Source: Patescibacteria group bacterium
GTDB taxonomy: Bacteria > Patescibacteriota > Gracilibacteria > UM-FILTER-43-11
Assembly (NCBI GenBank): GCA_029260985.1
Contig: JAJDCE010000061.1
Coordinates: 1 to 36,855, forward strand
Reading direction: 5' to 3'
Length of the DNA stretch: 36,855 nt
A model generated the notes under the pieces. The model was not told the origin of the DNA. It made no database searches and worked only from the letters and a program-made list of their open reading frames with translations. Each line of letters begins with the position of its first letter. Position 1 is the first letter of the stretch. The position numbers were made by a program, and so were the translations under genes. Below, piece after piece: positions 29,232-36,854 of this stretch.

Positions 29232-29378
29232 CTATTTTTCTGACTTTATTAATTCACGGCGTTCTGCTTTACGTAAACGAGCCTTTTCCTTATTGCGGCG
29301 AACGCGCAATTTACTCTTAGGGCGTTGAACGGCGGCAGAACTCAAACCATGCTGTTTACTGGAAGATTTATTAGACAT
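29232..29378 (-). CDS. 48-aa highly basic small protein (not in the ORF track)
   Basis: MSNKSSSKQHGLSSAAVQRPKSKLRVRRNKEKARLRKAERRELIKSEK; upstream TTGACA promoter. Confidence 0.65.
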   Translation of the reverse strand: MSNKSSSKQHGLSSAAVQRPKSKLRVRRNKEKARLRKAERRELIKSEK

Positions 29379-29406
29379 AAAAGAAAACATGTAAAAACTG
29401 GAACTA

Positions 29407-29436
29407 AGCTTAACGGGTAATTACCCTACCTGTCAA
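29407..29436 (-). promoter_or_regulatory. promoter with embedded perfect 12-bp palindrome GGGTAATTACCC
   Basis: TTGACA, 18 nt, TAAGCT; palindrome at 29415-29426. Confidence 0.45.
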
Positions 29437-29515
29437 GGGCCAAGTTAAATCGTAATAAAACATCTAAATATGTCTTGTTTAAGCCATTTTTAGATAAAAG
29501 AGCCTTGAAGTTTAT

Positions 29516-30295
29516 CTAAAATTCCATCTGAATTCCAACCGGGCAATGATCAGAACCCATCACTTCAGGGAGAATAAAAGCGTCCTTGAGGTTCTTTTTG
29601 AGTGCCTCCTGCACAAAAAAGTAATCAATTCTCCAGCCCACATTCCGTTCTCGAGCTCGAGTCTTTAAATCCCACCATGAATAAAGCTCAGGCTCAGGGT
29701 GAAATTCCCGAAGACTATCAATAAACCCCTTTTCTACGACTCTATCAATCCATTTACGCTCAATCGGCAAAAAACCAGACACCTTTTCATTTGATTTAGG
29801 GCGAGCCAAATCGATCTCTTTATGAGCTGTATTCACATCACCGCAAAAAATAACCTTCTTCCGCTGCCTTCTTAAATGTTCTACATGTTCCAAAAAAGCA
29901 TCGTAAAATTCCAATTTATAGTTAAGGCGGTCCGAATCCTTCTTTCCATTTGGAAAATAAACATTCAATAAGATAAAATCCTTGAATTCAGTACTCACCA
30001 CTCGCCCCTCACAGTCAAATTTCTCCACTCCAAAACCGACTTCTACCGAAATAGGCTCTTCCTTTGTAAACGTTGCCACACCGCTATACCCCTTTCTGGT
30101 CGTAGCAGAATGCCAAAAAGAATGATATTTCTTATGATCCGTCACCTCCCTCGTCAATTGCCCCCTCTCTGCCTTAGTTTCCTGTAAACAAAGTACATCA
30201 GGCTTTTCTTTGTCCAGCCATTCTAAAAAGCCTTTTTTGAGTTGGGCTCTTATGCCATTAACGTTCCAGCTTAAAATTTTTATTTTTTTAGTCAT
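29516..30295 (-). CDS. xth: exodeoxyribonuclease III / AP endonuclease
   Basis: SWNVNGIRA, LCLQETK, GYSGVA, EGR, NVYFPNG, GDVNTAH, GWRIDYF and SDHCP motifs. Confidence 0.95.
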   Translation of the reverse strand: MTKKIKILSWNVNGIRAQLKKGFLEWLDKEKPDVLCLQETKAERGQLTREVTDHKKYHSFWHSATTRKGYSGVATFTKEEPISVEVGFGVEKFDCEGRVVSTEFKDFILLNVYFPNGKKDSDRLNYKLEFYDAFLEHVEHLRRQRKKVIFCGDVNTAHKEIDLARPKSNEKVSGFLPIERKWIDRVVEKGFIDSLREFHPEPELYSWWDLKTRARERNVGWRIDYFFVQEALKKNLKDAFILPEVMGSDHCPVGIQMEF

Positions 30296-30374
30296 TTTAC
30301 TTGGTTAAATCCAATTCAATATAACACAAACTAATCCCACCACTATAATTGAGAAATTAGTAGGCTTGAAAAAT

Positions 30375-30510
30375 AAAAAAAAGCCCGAATCCGGTACGGC
30401 AGGCTTTTTAAGGAGGGTGGTTCGTAGCACATCCTTGCTACTATCTACGACCTATTAACTATTTGTTTTAACAGGTTCGTAGTAGCCTTCTGTACTATCT
30501 ACGACCACCC
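30375..30510 (-). ncRNA. candidate small structured RNA: ~96-nt symmetric rod plus terminator
   Basis: Two imperfect direct repeats GGTCGTAGATAGTA...CTACGAACC cross-pair into one rod closed by GGGTGG/CCACCC. There is a promoter directly upstream and an AAGCCTG...CGGGCTT-T-run terminator downstream. Confidence 0.6.
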
Positions 30511-30512
30511 AC

Positions 30513-30541
30513 AATTTACCATGTATAAATTTTGTATGCAA
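30513..30541 (-). promoter_or_regulatory. promoter of the candidate ncRNA
   Basis: TTGCAT, 17 nt, TAAATT with extended -10 TG. Confidence 0.55.
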
Positions 30542-30599
30542 GCCCTTTTTAGTTAAAATGATCCTTATATTAAAGACTTAGACTTGCAATAGAAATAAA

Positions 30600-31094
30600 T
30601 TATGTCGAAAGAAAAGTTTTGAAATCGCCTACAGACTTTGGCCCCATGGTTCGTTTCACCTCCTTTCCATCCTTCAAAAGGATGAGGGTAGATTGAGAAT
30701 TAACCCCAAATTCCCTCTTTTGAGCCGTAGCCTTATCGTAATTCAGCTTAAAACCAACAATATCCTTATTATTTAGCTCTTTAAAAGCTGCTTTTGCTTT
30801 AGGCTCGTTTCCGATACAAACTGAACACCAGTCCGCATGAAAATCCAGCATCACGGTTTTTCCGTCTTCAAGAGCGCTTGCATACGCTGAAGGAGTAAAA
30901 GCCTGAAGAATACCAGCAACGTAACCGCTATCAGATTTTTCAACCGCTACGGTATTAGCATTCGCTTCAGAGTCTGACGTTGAAACGCGGGAAGTGTTAT
31001 AGATGGCAACAGCCACGACTCCGATAATAAATAAAACCACAAGCGGAGTAACAAAGCCCTGTGGTTTACATGATTTCGATTGTGCGTTTTTCAT
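30600..31094 (-). CDS. membrane-anchored thioredoxin-family protein
   Basis: N-terminal TM; DFHADWCSVC; GV..QSTLILLKDGKE. Confidence 0.85.
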   Translation of the reverse strand: MKNAQSKSCKPQGFVTPLVVLFIIGVVAVAIYNTSRVSTSDSEANANTVAVEKSDSGYVAGILQAFTPSAYASALEDGKTVMLDFHADWCSVCIGNEPKAKAAFKELNNKDIVGFKLNYDKATAQKREFGVNSQSTLILLKDGKEVKRTMGPKSVGDFKTFLST

Positions 31095-31129
31095 AATTTT
31101 ATTAGGTTAAAGAATAATCACACGAGCCC

Positions 31130-31171
31130 ACTTTAAATGGAATCAAAAAACCCTTCAGTAGCCTTCGCTAC
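31130..31171 (-). promoter_or_regulatory. NtcA-type activator box and -10 element upstream of the thioredoxin gene
   Basis: GTA-gccttcgc-TAC (31158-31171; extended palindrome GTAGC-N4-GCTAC), 22 nt, then TAAAGT (31135-31130, minus strand). Confidence 0.55.
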
Positions 31172-31232
31172 ATCCATCAATTGTGCCTTTAATCAAACAT
31201 TGATATTATTAAATCAACTTAATCAACGAATC

Positions 31233-31892
31233 ATGTCAAATAGTCAGCCAATGATCTTAAGGGACATCAACATATATGAAGGAATCCCTGAAAGGAGCTT
31301 TTGTAAACTAGCCCCCAATTCCTTTGAAGATAATTTTTCGAAAGGCTCACAGCTATACACTCCTCATAAAGACGATGGAAAAATCTATGTCATACACAGA
31401 GGTGAGGTAGTGCTTTATCATTCAAAAGATGGTAAACGGGCCATTTTTGATACTCTCGGACCCGGAACAGTGTTCGGCACCTTTGATCCAGCCAGCCCAA
31501 AACCCAATCATTTTGCGCAAACCACCAAAAACAGTTACTTATGTGTGACTCCAGTAGACGAATTTTTGAAAGTAATATCAGCACACCCTGAAGCCATGCT
31601 GAAATTCATGCAAAAAATGGCCAATCGAATCAATGATTATGAGGAAAAAATATCCACCAATATTGATACAGCTTCAGAAAAAATTTATCAGGAATTGAAC
31701 CGATTGAACAAAAAGCGAAGTAGTTTTATGGGAAAATTGATAAAAATCCCCCTTCAGATCACCCATGAGCAAATCGCTGAACGAACGAACCTAAACCGTG
31801 TCACCGTCACAAGATCTCTCAAGAAACTCAAAACAGATGGCTTGGTGAGTATTGAGGAAGGGACGGGAATCATCGACTTAAAACAGAATTGA
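31233..31892 (+). CDS. Crp/Fnr-family transcriptional regulator
   Basis: cNMP-like domain (IYVIHRGEV...DGKRAI..LGPGTVFG) and HTH ITHEQIAERTNLNRVTVTRSLKKLKTDGLV. The ATG at 31233 is preferred over 31137. Confidence 0.88.
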   Translation: MSNSQPMILRDINIYEGIPERSFCKLAPNSFEDNFSKGSQLYTPHKDDGKIYVIHRGEVVLYHSKDGKRAIFDTLGPGTVFGTFDPASPKPNHFAQTTKNSYLCVTPVDEFLKVISAHPEAMLKFMQKMANRINDYEEKISTNIDTASEKIYQELNRLNKKRSSFMGKLIKIPLQITHEQIAERTNLNRVTVTRSLKKLKTDGLVSIEEGTGIIDLKQN

Positions 31893-31919
31893 TAGGCCCC
31901 ATCTTCCATCATTCTCAAT

Positions 31920-31975
31920 GTCATCTCCGAGCCCCATCGGAGATCTATAGATTCCCGATCGGAGTCGAGAATGAC
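31920..31975. repeat. GTCAT...ATGAC-bounded double-hairpin palindromic element (REP/RPE-like)
   Basis: GTCATCTCCGA-gcccca-TCGGAGATC-tata-GATTCCCGA-tcggag-TCGAGAATGAC. Confidence 0.65.
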
Positions 31976-32051
31976 AGAGGGGTTACATTTAGGAAAAGTT
32001 GAATCGTTATTGAGGTTAAGGTAAAATCGGATCAATGTAACCAAAAATAAG

Positions 32052-32318
32052 ATGTATAAGATAAAATTAAATGAGAAAGAATATGAAATTGACCCCAAAA
32101 GCGACGATCATCTGATGCAGCAACTCGTTGCACAAGGAGTTGAGATTGTCGCCGCCTGCGGCGGTGCCGGCATTTGCCAAACCTGCGCTTTTAAACCTGT
32201 TAAAGGTAAGTTTACTGCCCTTACAGAAACCGAAAAAATGATGGACTTACCCGACGGCCAACGCCTCTGCTGCCAAACCATGCCGGAAAGCGACGGAGAA
32301 ATCGAACTCGTTTACTAA
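32052..32318 (+). CDS. fdx: 2Fe-2S ferredoxin
   Basis: CGGAGICQTC...RLCCQ. Confidence 0.85.
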   Translation: MYKIKLNEKEYEIDPKSDDHLMQQLVAQGVEIVAACGGAGICQTCAFKPVKGKFTALTETEKMMDLPDGQRLCCQTMPESDGEIELVY

Positions 32319-32320
32319 TA

Positions 32321-32398
32321 GAACTAAGGGCTAGGGATTAAGGACTAAGTTGCATTTTTTTAATAAGACCTAGTCCCTAGTCCTTAGTCCCTAGTCCC
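32321..32398. repeat. inverted pair of GACTA(A/G)G / C(C/T)TAGTC heptamer arrays between fdx and hflX
   Basis: gaactaag ggctagg gattaag gactaag ... cctagtc cctagtc cttagtc cctagtc. Confidence 0.8.
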
Positions 32399-32404
32399 AA
32401 TTGA

Positions 32405-33493
32405 ATGTTACCTAAAGTTATTTTAGTCGACATCATCGCCCCCGACACTACCCCGGAAGACAGCCTAGCCAGACTCACAGAGCTCGACCGGCTGGTTTCA
32501 ACGTACGGTGGTTTTGTGATCATCCGAAAGATTCAGCGCAGGCAGCTGCCCAACTACAAAACTTTTGTTGGAAAAGGGAAATTGGATGAAATCGAAGAAA
32601 CTGCTCTCAAGGAAAAGGTAGATTTTATCATCATCAACAATCTTCTAAAACCCGAACAGCTCTACAATTTAGAAAAACGATTCGAAAAAGCAGGAATAAA
32701 AGTATGGGATAAAATCGATCTCATTCTAGAGATCTTTGCCAAGCACGCCACCACAAAGGAGGCGAAACTCCAGATTGAACTCGCCAAACTGCGTCATCTG
32801 GGTCCGCGCATCGCCAAAATGGGTACGGAACTGATGAGGCAGGCGGGTGGAATCGGAACAAGAGGTAAAGGGGAAACCAATATTGAAATAATGAAACGGC
32901 ATATTAGGTCCCGTGAACAGCACATCAAAAAACAGCTCAAGAAAATTGAGAAAAACCAGGAAGGGCAGCGTAAAAAACGAAGAAACACAGGCTTTAAAAC
33001 CGCCGCCATCGTCGGCTACACCAATGCCGGCAAATCACAACTGCTCACGAGTCTCACCAACAAAAAAGTAAAAGTAAAAGATGAGCTGTTTGCAACCTTG
33101 GATAGCCGAATCGGGAAAGTTTATCTGCCCGAAAAAAACGCCTGCTGCCTGCTGAGCGATACCATTGGCTTCATCCGGAATCTTCCGCCCGAGCTTGTAG
33201 AAGCCTTCCACTCAACCCTGGCCGAAACCATTCACGCCGATCTAATTCTTCATGTTATCGATGCAGATGATTTAGACATGGAATGGAAAATTAAAGTGGT
33301 TGATGAAGTTTTAAAGAAACTAAACTGTGAAACTAAAAAAACCATCTATATTTTCAATAAAATAGACCTCTTAAAAGACGTACAAGTCGATGAGCTGGCT
33401 GAGGATTTTAAGAAGCTAAGCCCAGTATTTGTATCCGCTTCAGAAAAGAAAAATCTGAATGAATTAAAATCGAAACTTGCGCTACACCTTTAA
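32405..33493 (+). CDS. hflX: ribosome-associated GTPase HflX
   Basis: GKGKL, LILEIFAKHA.TKEAKLQIELA, GIGTRGKGE, VGYTNAGKS, LFATLD, DTIGFI, FHSTL.E and NKID motifs. Confidence 0.95.
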   Translation: MLPKVILVDIIAPDTTPEDSLARLTELDRLVSTYGGFVIIRKIQRRQLPNYKTFVGKGKLDEIEETALKEKVDFIIINNLLKPEQLYNLEKRFEKAGIKVWDKIDLILEIFAKHATTKEAKLQIELAKLRHLGPRIAKMGTELMRQAGGIGTRGKGETNIEIMKRHIRSREQHIKKQLKKIEKNQEGQRKKRRNTGFKTAAIVGYTNAGKSQLLTSLTNKKVKVKDELFATLDSRIGKVYLPEKNACCLLSDTIGFIRNLPPELVEAFHSTLAETIHADLILHVIDADDLDMEWKIKVVDEVLKKLNCETKKTIYIFNKIDLLKDVQVDELAEDFKKLSPVFVSASEKKNLNELKSKLALHL

Positions 33494-33516
33494 ATAACCC
33501 CAGCTCCGGAGGGTTT

Positions 33517-33807
33517 TTAATGCTCTTCTTCTGGATATTCTGTACAATCTAATAATGTTTGCATTGCCTTTTGCAAATCAACTCCCAAATCCTCATTAGT
33601 TTCTGCCTCTCTCCAATGTTTTTGTTCGTCTAAGCGTAGTCTGTGGGCGCTTGTTGCCATAAAAACGTTTTCTACTTCAGTTCTAAATAGACCGATAGAA
33701 TATAAACGTTTTTTAAACACACATTCAACTTTGAAGTCCGCACTGGGAAAATTTGTATGATTTTCATCATTTTCTAATGAAGCTAATGCTCCTGGTTCAG
33801 TTTCCAT
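33517..33807 (-). CDS. hypothetical protein
   Basis: 96-aa ORF with an upstream TTGACA/TATAAT-like AT-rich promoter; no recognised motif. Confidence 0.45.
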   Translation of the reverse strand: METEPGALASLENDENHTNFPSADFKVECVFKKRLYSIGLFRTEVENVFMATSAHRLRLDEQKHWREAETNEDLGVDLQKAMQTLLDCTEYPEEEH

Positions 33808-33885
33808 AGTTTTTAAATTAATAGATTAAGAGGGGCTATTATATATTATATTAGTAATATTGTCAATATTATAGTTTCGTTATTT

Positions 33886-33983
33886 TCTACAATTCGGGCT
33901 AGTAAGAAGTTGCGTAGTATTAAAATATCTGCGAGCGCTAGCGAGTCAAACACTGCGCAATTTGGATGAGCGAGCGTTAAGAA
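33886..33983 (-). other. degenerate attC-like imperfect hairpin downstream of the GrpB gene
   Basis: Minus strand TCTTAAC...AAATTGCGCAGT...ACTACGCAACTTC...GAATTGTAG. It begins just after the stop codon with an AAC core, but the terminal GTT is degenerate (ATT). Confidence 0.35.
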
Positions 33984-34535
33984 TAAAATATCATAACAAT
34001 TTTTTTGCCCTAATGATAATCTTTTGAATATAATCGGCCTTTTCCTTCGTGTATTGTTTACGATTATCAGAATACTCTTTTTCTAACTGTTTCTTAAGTT
34101 CGCCATATTCATCTCTTGCGTCTTTGTGCTGTCTGAGATAATCGCGGAACAGTATGTGCTCAATCCAAAAGCCACTATTCTTTTTTGTGACATGTAGATA
34201 ATGTGTTCGATTATCCTCAGCCCCTTTAACAAAAAGACGTCTCTCAAATACACCTTGTTCACCTCTATCCTTGTACCCCATTTCACTTAATATTTTATAT
34301 ATTTCTTTTGCTTGCCTCATTTTAGAAAAACCAATCATTATATCGATTATCGGTTTTGCAGGCACATTTGGAATGGCGGTACTTCCTACATGCTCGATAT
34401 CTATTGTGTTATCAAGTGTAGCTGTAAGTAACTGTTTTTCTTTTTCAAACAGTTTCTCCCATCGAATATGGTCAGACGATAATTTAACAGTACCTCTTTT
34501 TAAGCCGATCATAAAGATTGTTATGATATTTTATT
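33982..34535. repeat. perfect 19-bp inverted repeat bracketing the GrpB gene
   Basis: AATAAAATATCATAACAAT (33982-34000) and ATTGTTATGATATTTTATT (34517-34535). Confidence 0.8.
33991..34512 (-). CDS. GrpB/UPF0157 family nucleotidyltransferase-like protein
   Basis: MIGLKRGTVKL, IEHVGSTAIP...AKPIIDI, RTHYLHV, FRDYLR, Y.ELK.QL and YT..K motifs. Confidence 0.9.
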   Translation of the reverse strand: MIGLKRGTVKLSSDHIRWEKLFEKEKQLLTATLDNTIDIEHVGSTAIPNVPAKPIIDIMIGFSKMRQAKEIYKILSEMGYKDRGEQGVFERRLFVKGAEDNRTHYLHVTKKNSGFWIEHILFRDYLRQHKDARDEYGELKKQLEKEYSDNRKQYTKEKADYIQKIIIRAKKLL

Positions 34536-34586
34536 TAGTGAGTGAATCTTATAGCCCGTGCTGTGTGATGATACTCTATAGGTTTT

Positions 34587-34615
34587 TTGAATTATCTTCA
34601 ATATTATGCTATAAT
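34587..34615 (+). promoter_or_regulatory. sigma70 promoter of the phosphotransferase gene
   Basis: TTGAAT, 17 nt, TATAAT with extended -10 TG. Confidence 0.65.
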
Positions 34616-34633
34616 GTCAAGAATATTATATTT

Positions 34634-35551
34634 ATGTCATTCGAAAAATCTGAAATTTCAATCGAGACACTTCCGGAGAACCATCTGGTTATGCAATTAA
34701 TTCACGAAAGGGAAGATCTTCGCTATATTTTAAAAGGTGGTACTATTGAAGTTGAACAGGCTAAACAGGGTGATGGTGTGAATGTTGTTCAAATTTACAC
34801 CATTGGTGATAAGAAATACGTTCATAAAGAATCTGAATTACCTCAGAATATTGTGAGTGAGAGAATTGGCACAAGTCTTTGTCGACAGGCTGGTATTAAT
34901 GCACCTGTAGTACAGTTTTCAGATGAAACAGGAATGCTCGAAACTTTTGTCGACGGAGTCCCTCTTAATTCTGAGACTTTGGATCAGGAGGAAGTTCGTG
35001 CGGGCTGCCATGATTTAGGTAAGGTTTTTAAAAAACTTCATTCCGTGAAGGCAGACGGCTTTGGTCTTTTCCGTAGCAAAAATCAAAATGAATACAATAC
35101 GTTAGCGGAGTATTATAGCCGCCTTAAAGAACGTAATCTTTCTCGGGCAATCAAATCCGACCTATTTTCTGAAGATCAAACTCAAAAAATAGCACGCATA
35201 TTTGATGGGTATATAGAGAGCTCAAGCGATCAACAGCCCGTTCTAACACATCAGGATATTGGATTGCAAAATGTACATGTGCAAAATGGTCGTGTGACTG
35301 GCTTGATTGATTTTGCTGATTGCCAAGGCAGTATTCCTGTCGCTGATTTTGCACGGCTCTATGTTCAACAGCGTTTACAACCAGAAAAGCCACCTTATTT
35401 CGATTGGGTTACGGAAAGTTATGGTGAAGTTAATTTTGAAGGACTAAAGCCCTTTGTAATAGTGATTTTGATTAAATATATCCTTTCCAATCCCCTAAAG
35501 ATTGATGTGAATAAGATGAAGCAAGTTCTCGATGAAATTTTAGAAAACTAA
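34634..35551 (+). CDS. aminoglycoside phosphotransferase/choline kinase (APH-like) family protein
   Basis: LKKLH-like segment, LTHQDIGLQNV (HxDxxxxN) and GLIDFAD..G....DFA. True start is taken as the ATG at 34634, downstream of the promoter. Confidence 0.8.
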   Translation: MSFEKSEISIETLPENHLVMQLIHEREDLRYILKGGTIEVEQAKQGDGVNVVQIYTIGDKKYVHKESELPQNIVSERIGTSLCRQAGINAPVVQFSDETGMLETFVDGVPLNSETLDQEEVRAGCHDLGKVFKKLHSVKADGFGLFRSKNQNEYNTLAEYYSRLKERNLSRAIKSDLFSEDQTQKIARIFDGYIESSSDQQPVLTHQDIGLQNVHVQNGRVTGLIDFADCQGSIPVADFARLYVQQRLQPEKPPYFDWVTESYGEVNFEGLKPFVIVILIKYILSNPLKIDVNKMKQVLDEILEN

Positions 35552-35600
35552 TTTACATATAGAGTAATTTCACACAACGTCTGCATGTCCGTAATTATAA

Positions 35601-36854
35601 TCAGATTTGCTGGATTTTAACCCACTCCTTTTCACTAAAATCAAACCTTAATTCGATAGTCTTATTATTGTTTTTAAAGCTGATATCAACGACATCTCCG
35701 ATATTGAAATCATAGGGAAATGTATGAGACGTTATTTCCCACCCATTATAAGAAGAGGTGTTAGCGCTGACATAAGCATCATCAAATTCTATAGTCGTGT
35801 AACCGTAAATATTGCTCGTATAATTTAAATTGATTAAAAGATTTTCAGATACTTCATCGGGCATCACACTAAATCCTGAGCTACCATCCGGATTAATAGC
35901 AAGTTCGTAAATAGTACAATTGTCATTATCAAGATACACACCGGAATCAATAAAGTATTTTAAACGAACACGGTCATTATTACACCCCTGAACGGTCGTA
36001 AATGTATATTCACCTCCATCATCGATCATAACATCGTATTTGGAACCAGAATATTCTTCGGGAACTGCCATGCCTGGATTATCAGTAGACACGGAGGATT
36101 CACCTGTTGTGAAGTCTTCCGTAAAATACATCTTGCCGTCTTTCACATAAACTCCAATCCCCACGTCAGTGAACTTAAGACAAGTTGCCAGAATCGTAGT
36201 GCGGTGATTATGACACTCATGAGGTTCGGGCATAAATATATTGGTATGAACGTCCTTCACGGCCTGATAAGGGCTTCGATATTTTGAAACGACCCCTTTT
36301 CCCACATTCTCCCCTGCCCTGCCGGGATAATTATAATATTTCTTTATTCTGTCCCAGGATTGACTGCCATCAGAACCCTGATGGCTCATATCACCTATAT
36401 TTTCAGCCATATCCTTTGCATGATCTCTGGCTGACATGGTCAGTTCCTTTTTCAATCTGAGCTCAGTCGTGACTCCATTATCTTTTCGTAATTTTAGAAG
36501 TAATAGAAAAGTCGAAAATTCCGCGCCAATCTCTTCCGTCCATACAGGATCATCCATATAATCGATCTGCATTATGCGCGCCACCATTTCCGCAACCTCA
36601 CCTCTGGTACGGTCATTTGACGGGTAAAAATAATTACCTGATTCTTCAAGAAAGTTTTTCTGTTTAGCGGATTCAAGATATGGCGCGTACCAAGCATCGA
36701 AAGGGGTGTCCTTAAACAGCGCTTTATTGGGAGTCCCCTGCTTTATCTCAAAAGCATTCAGAATGATTTTTAATGCCTCAACCCTATTCACATTCTGAGA
36801 GGGTTGATAGGTTCCATCTGGATACCCCTTCACCCAATCTTGATCGAGCGCATA
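35601..36854 (-). CDS. SLH-domain protein with CAP/SCP domain; 5'-truncated by the window edge
   Basis: KGYPDGTYQPSQNVNRVE and FYPSNDRTRGE (SLH). ARDHAKDMA...SH.GSDG...GENV...H..TIL...F.DVGIG (CAP). The frame is open to the window end. Confidence 0.85.
   Translation of the reverse strand, partial: YALDQDWVKGYPDGTYQPSQNVNRVEALKIILNAFEIKQGTPNKALFKDTPFDAWYAPYLESAKQKNFLEESGNYFYPSNDRTRGEVAEMVARIMQIDYMDDPVWTEEIGAEFSTFLLLLKLRKDNGVTTELRLKKELTMSARDHAKDMAENIGDMSHQGSDGSQSWDRIKKYYNYPGRAGENVGKGVVSKYRSPYQAVKDVHTNIFMPEPHECHNHRTTILATCLKFTDVGIGVYVKDGKMYFTEDFTTGESSVSTDNPGMAVPEEYSGSKYDVMIDDGGEYTFTTVQGCNNDRVRLKYFIDSGVYLDNDNCTIYELAINPDGSSGFSVMPDEVSENLLINLNYTSNIYGYTTIEFDDAYVSANTSSYNGWEITSHTFPYDFNIGDVVDISFKNNNKTIELRFDFSEKEWVKIQQI

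Noticed and set aside
30415..30510. CRISPR mini-array, SRP RNA or 6S RNA
   Set aside because: There are only two imperfect repeats with internal variation and no cas genes. It lacks the SRP GNRA loop and CAGG/GAAGCAG motif, and it is about half the length of a typical 6S RNA with only a small central loop.
31754..32098. 114-aa minus-strand ORF
   Set aside because: It overlaps both the Crp gene and fdx in antisense and reads through the palindromic element.
34271..34633. N-terminal 121-aa extension of the APH-like ORF
   Set aside because: It overlaps GrpB antisense and lies upstream of a clear promoter. The ATG at 34634 is the likely start.
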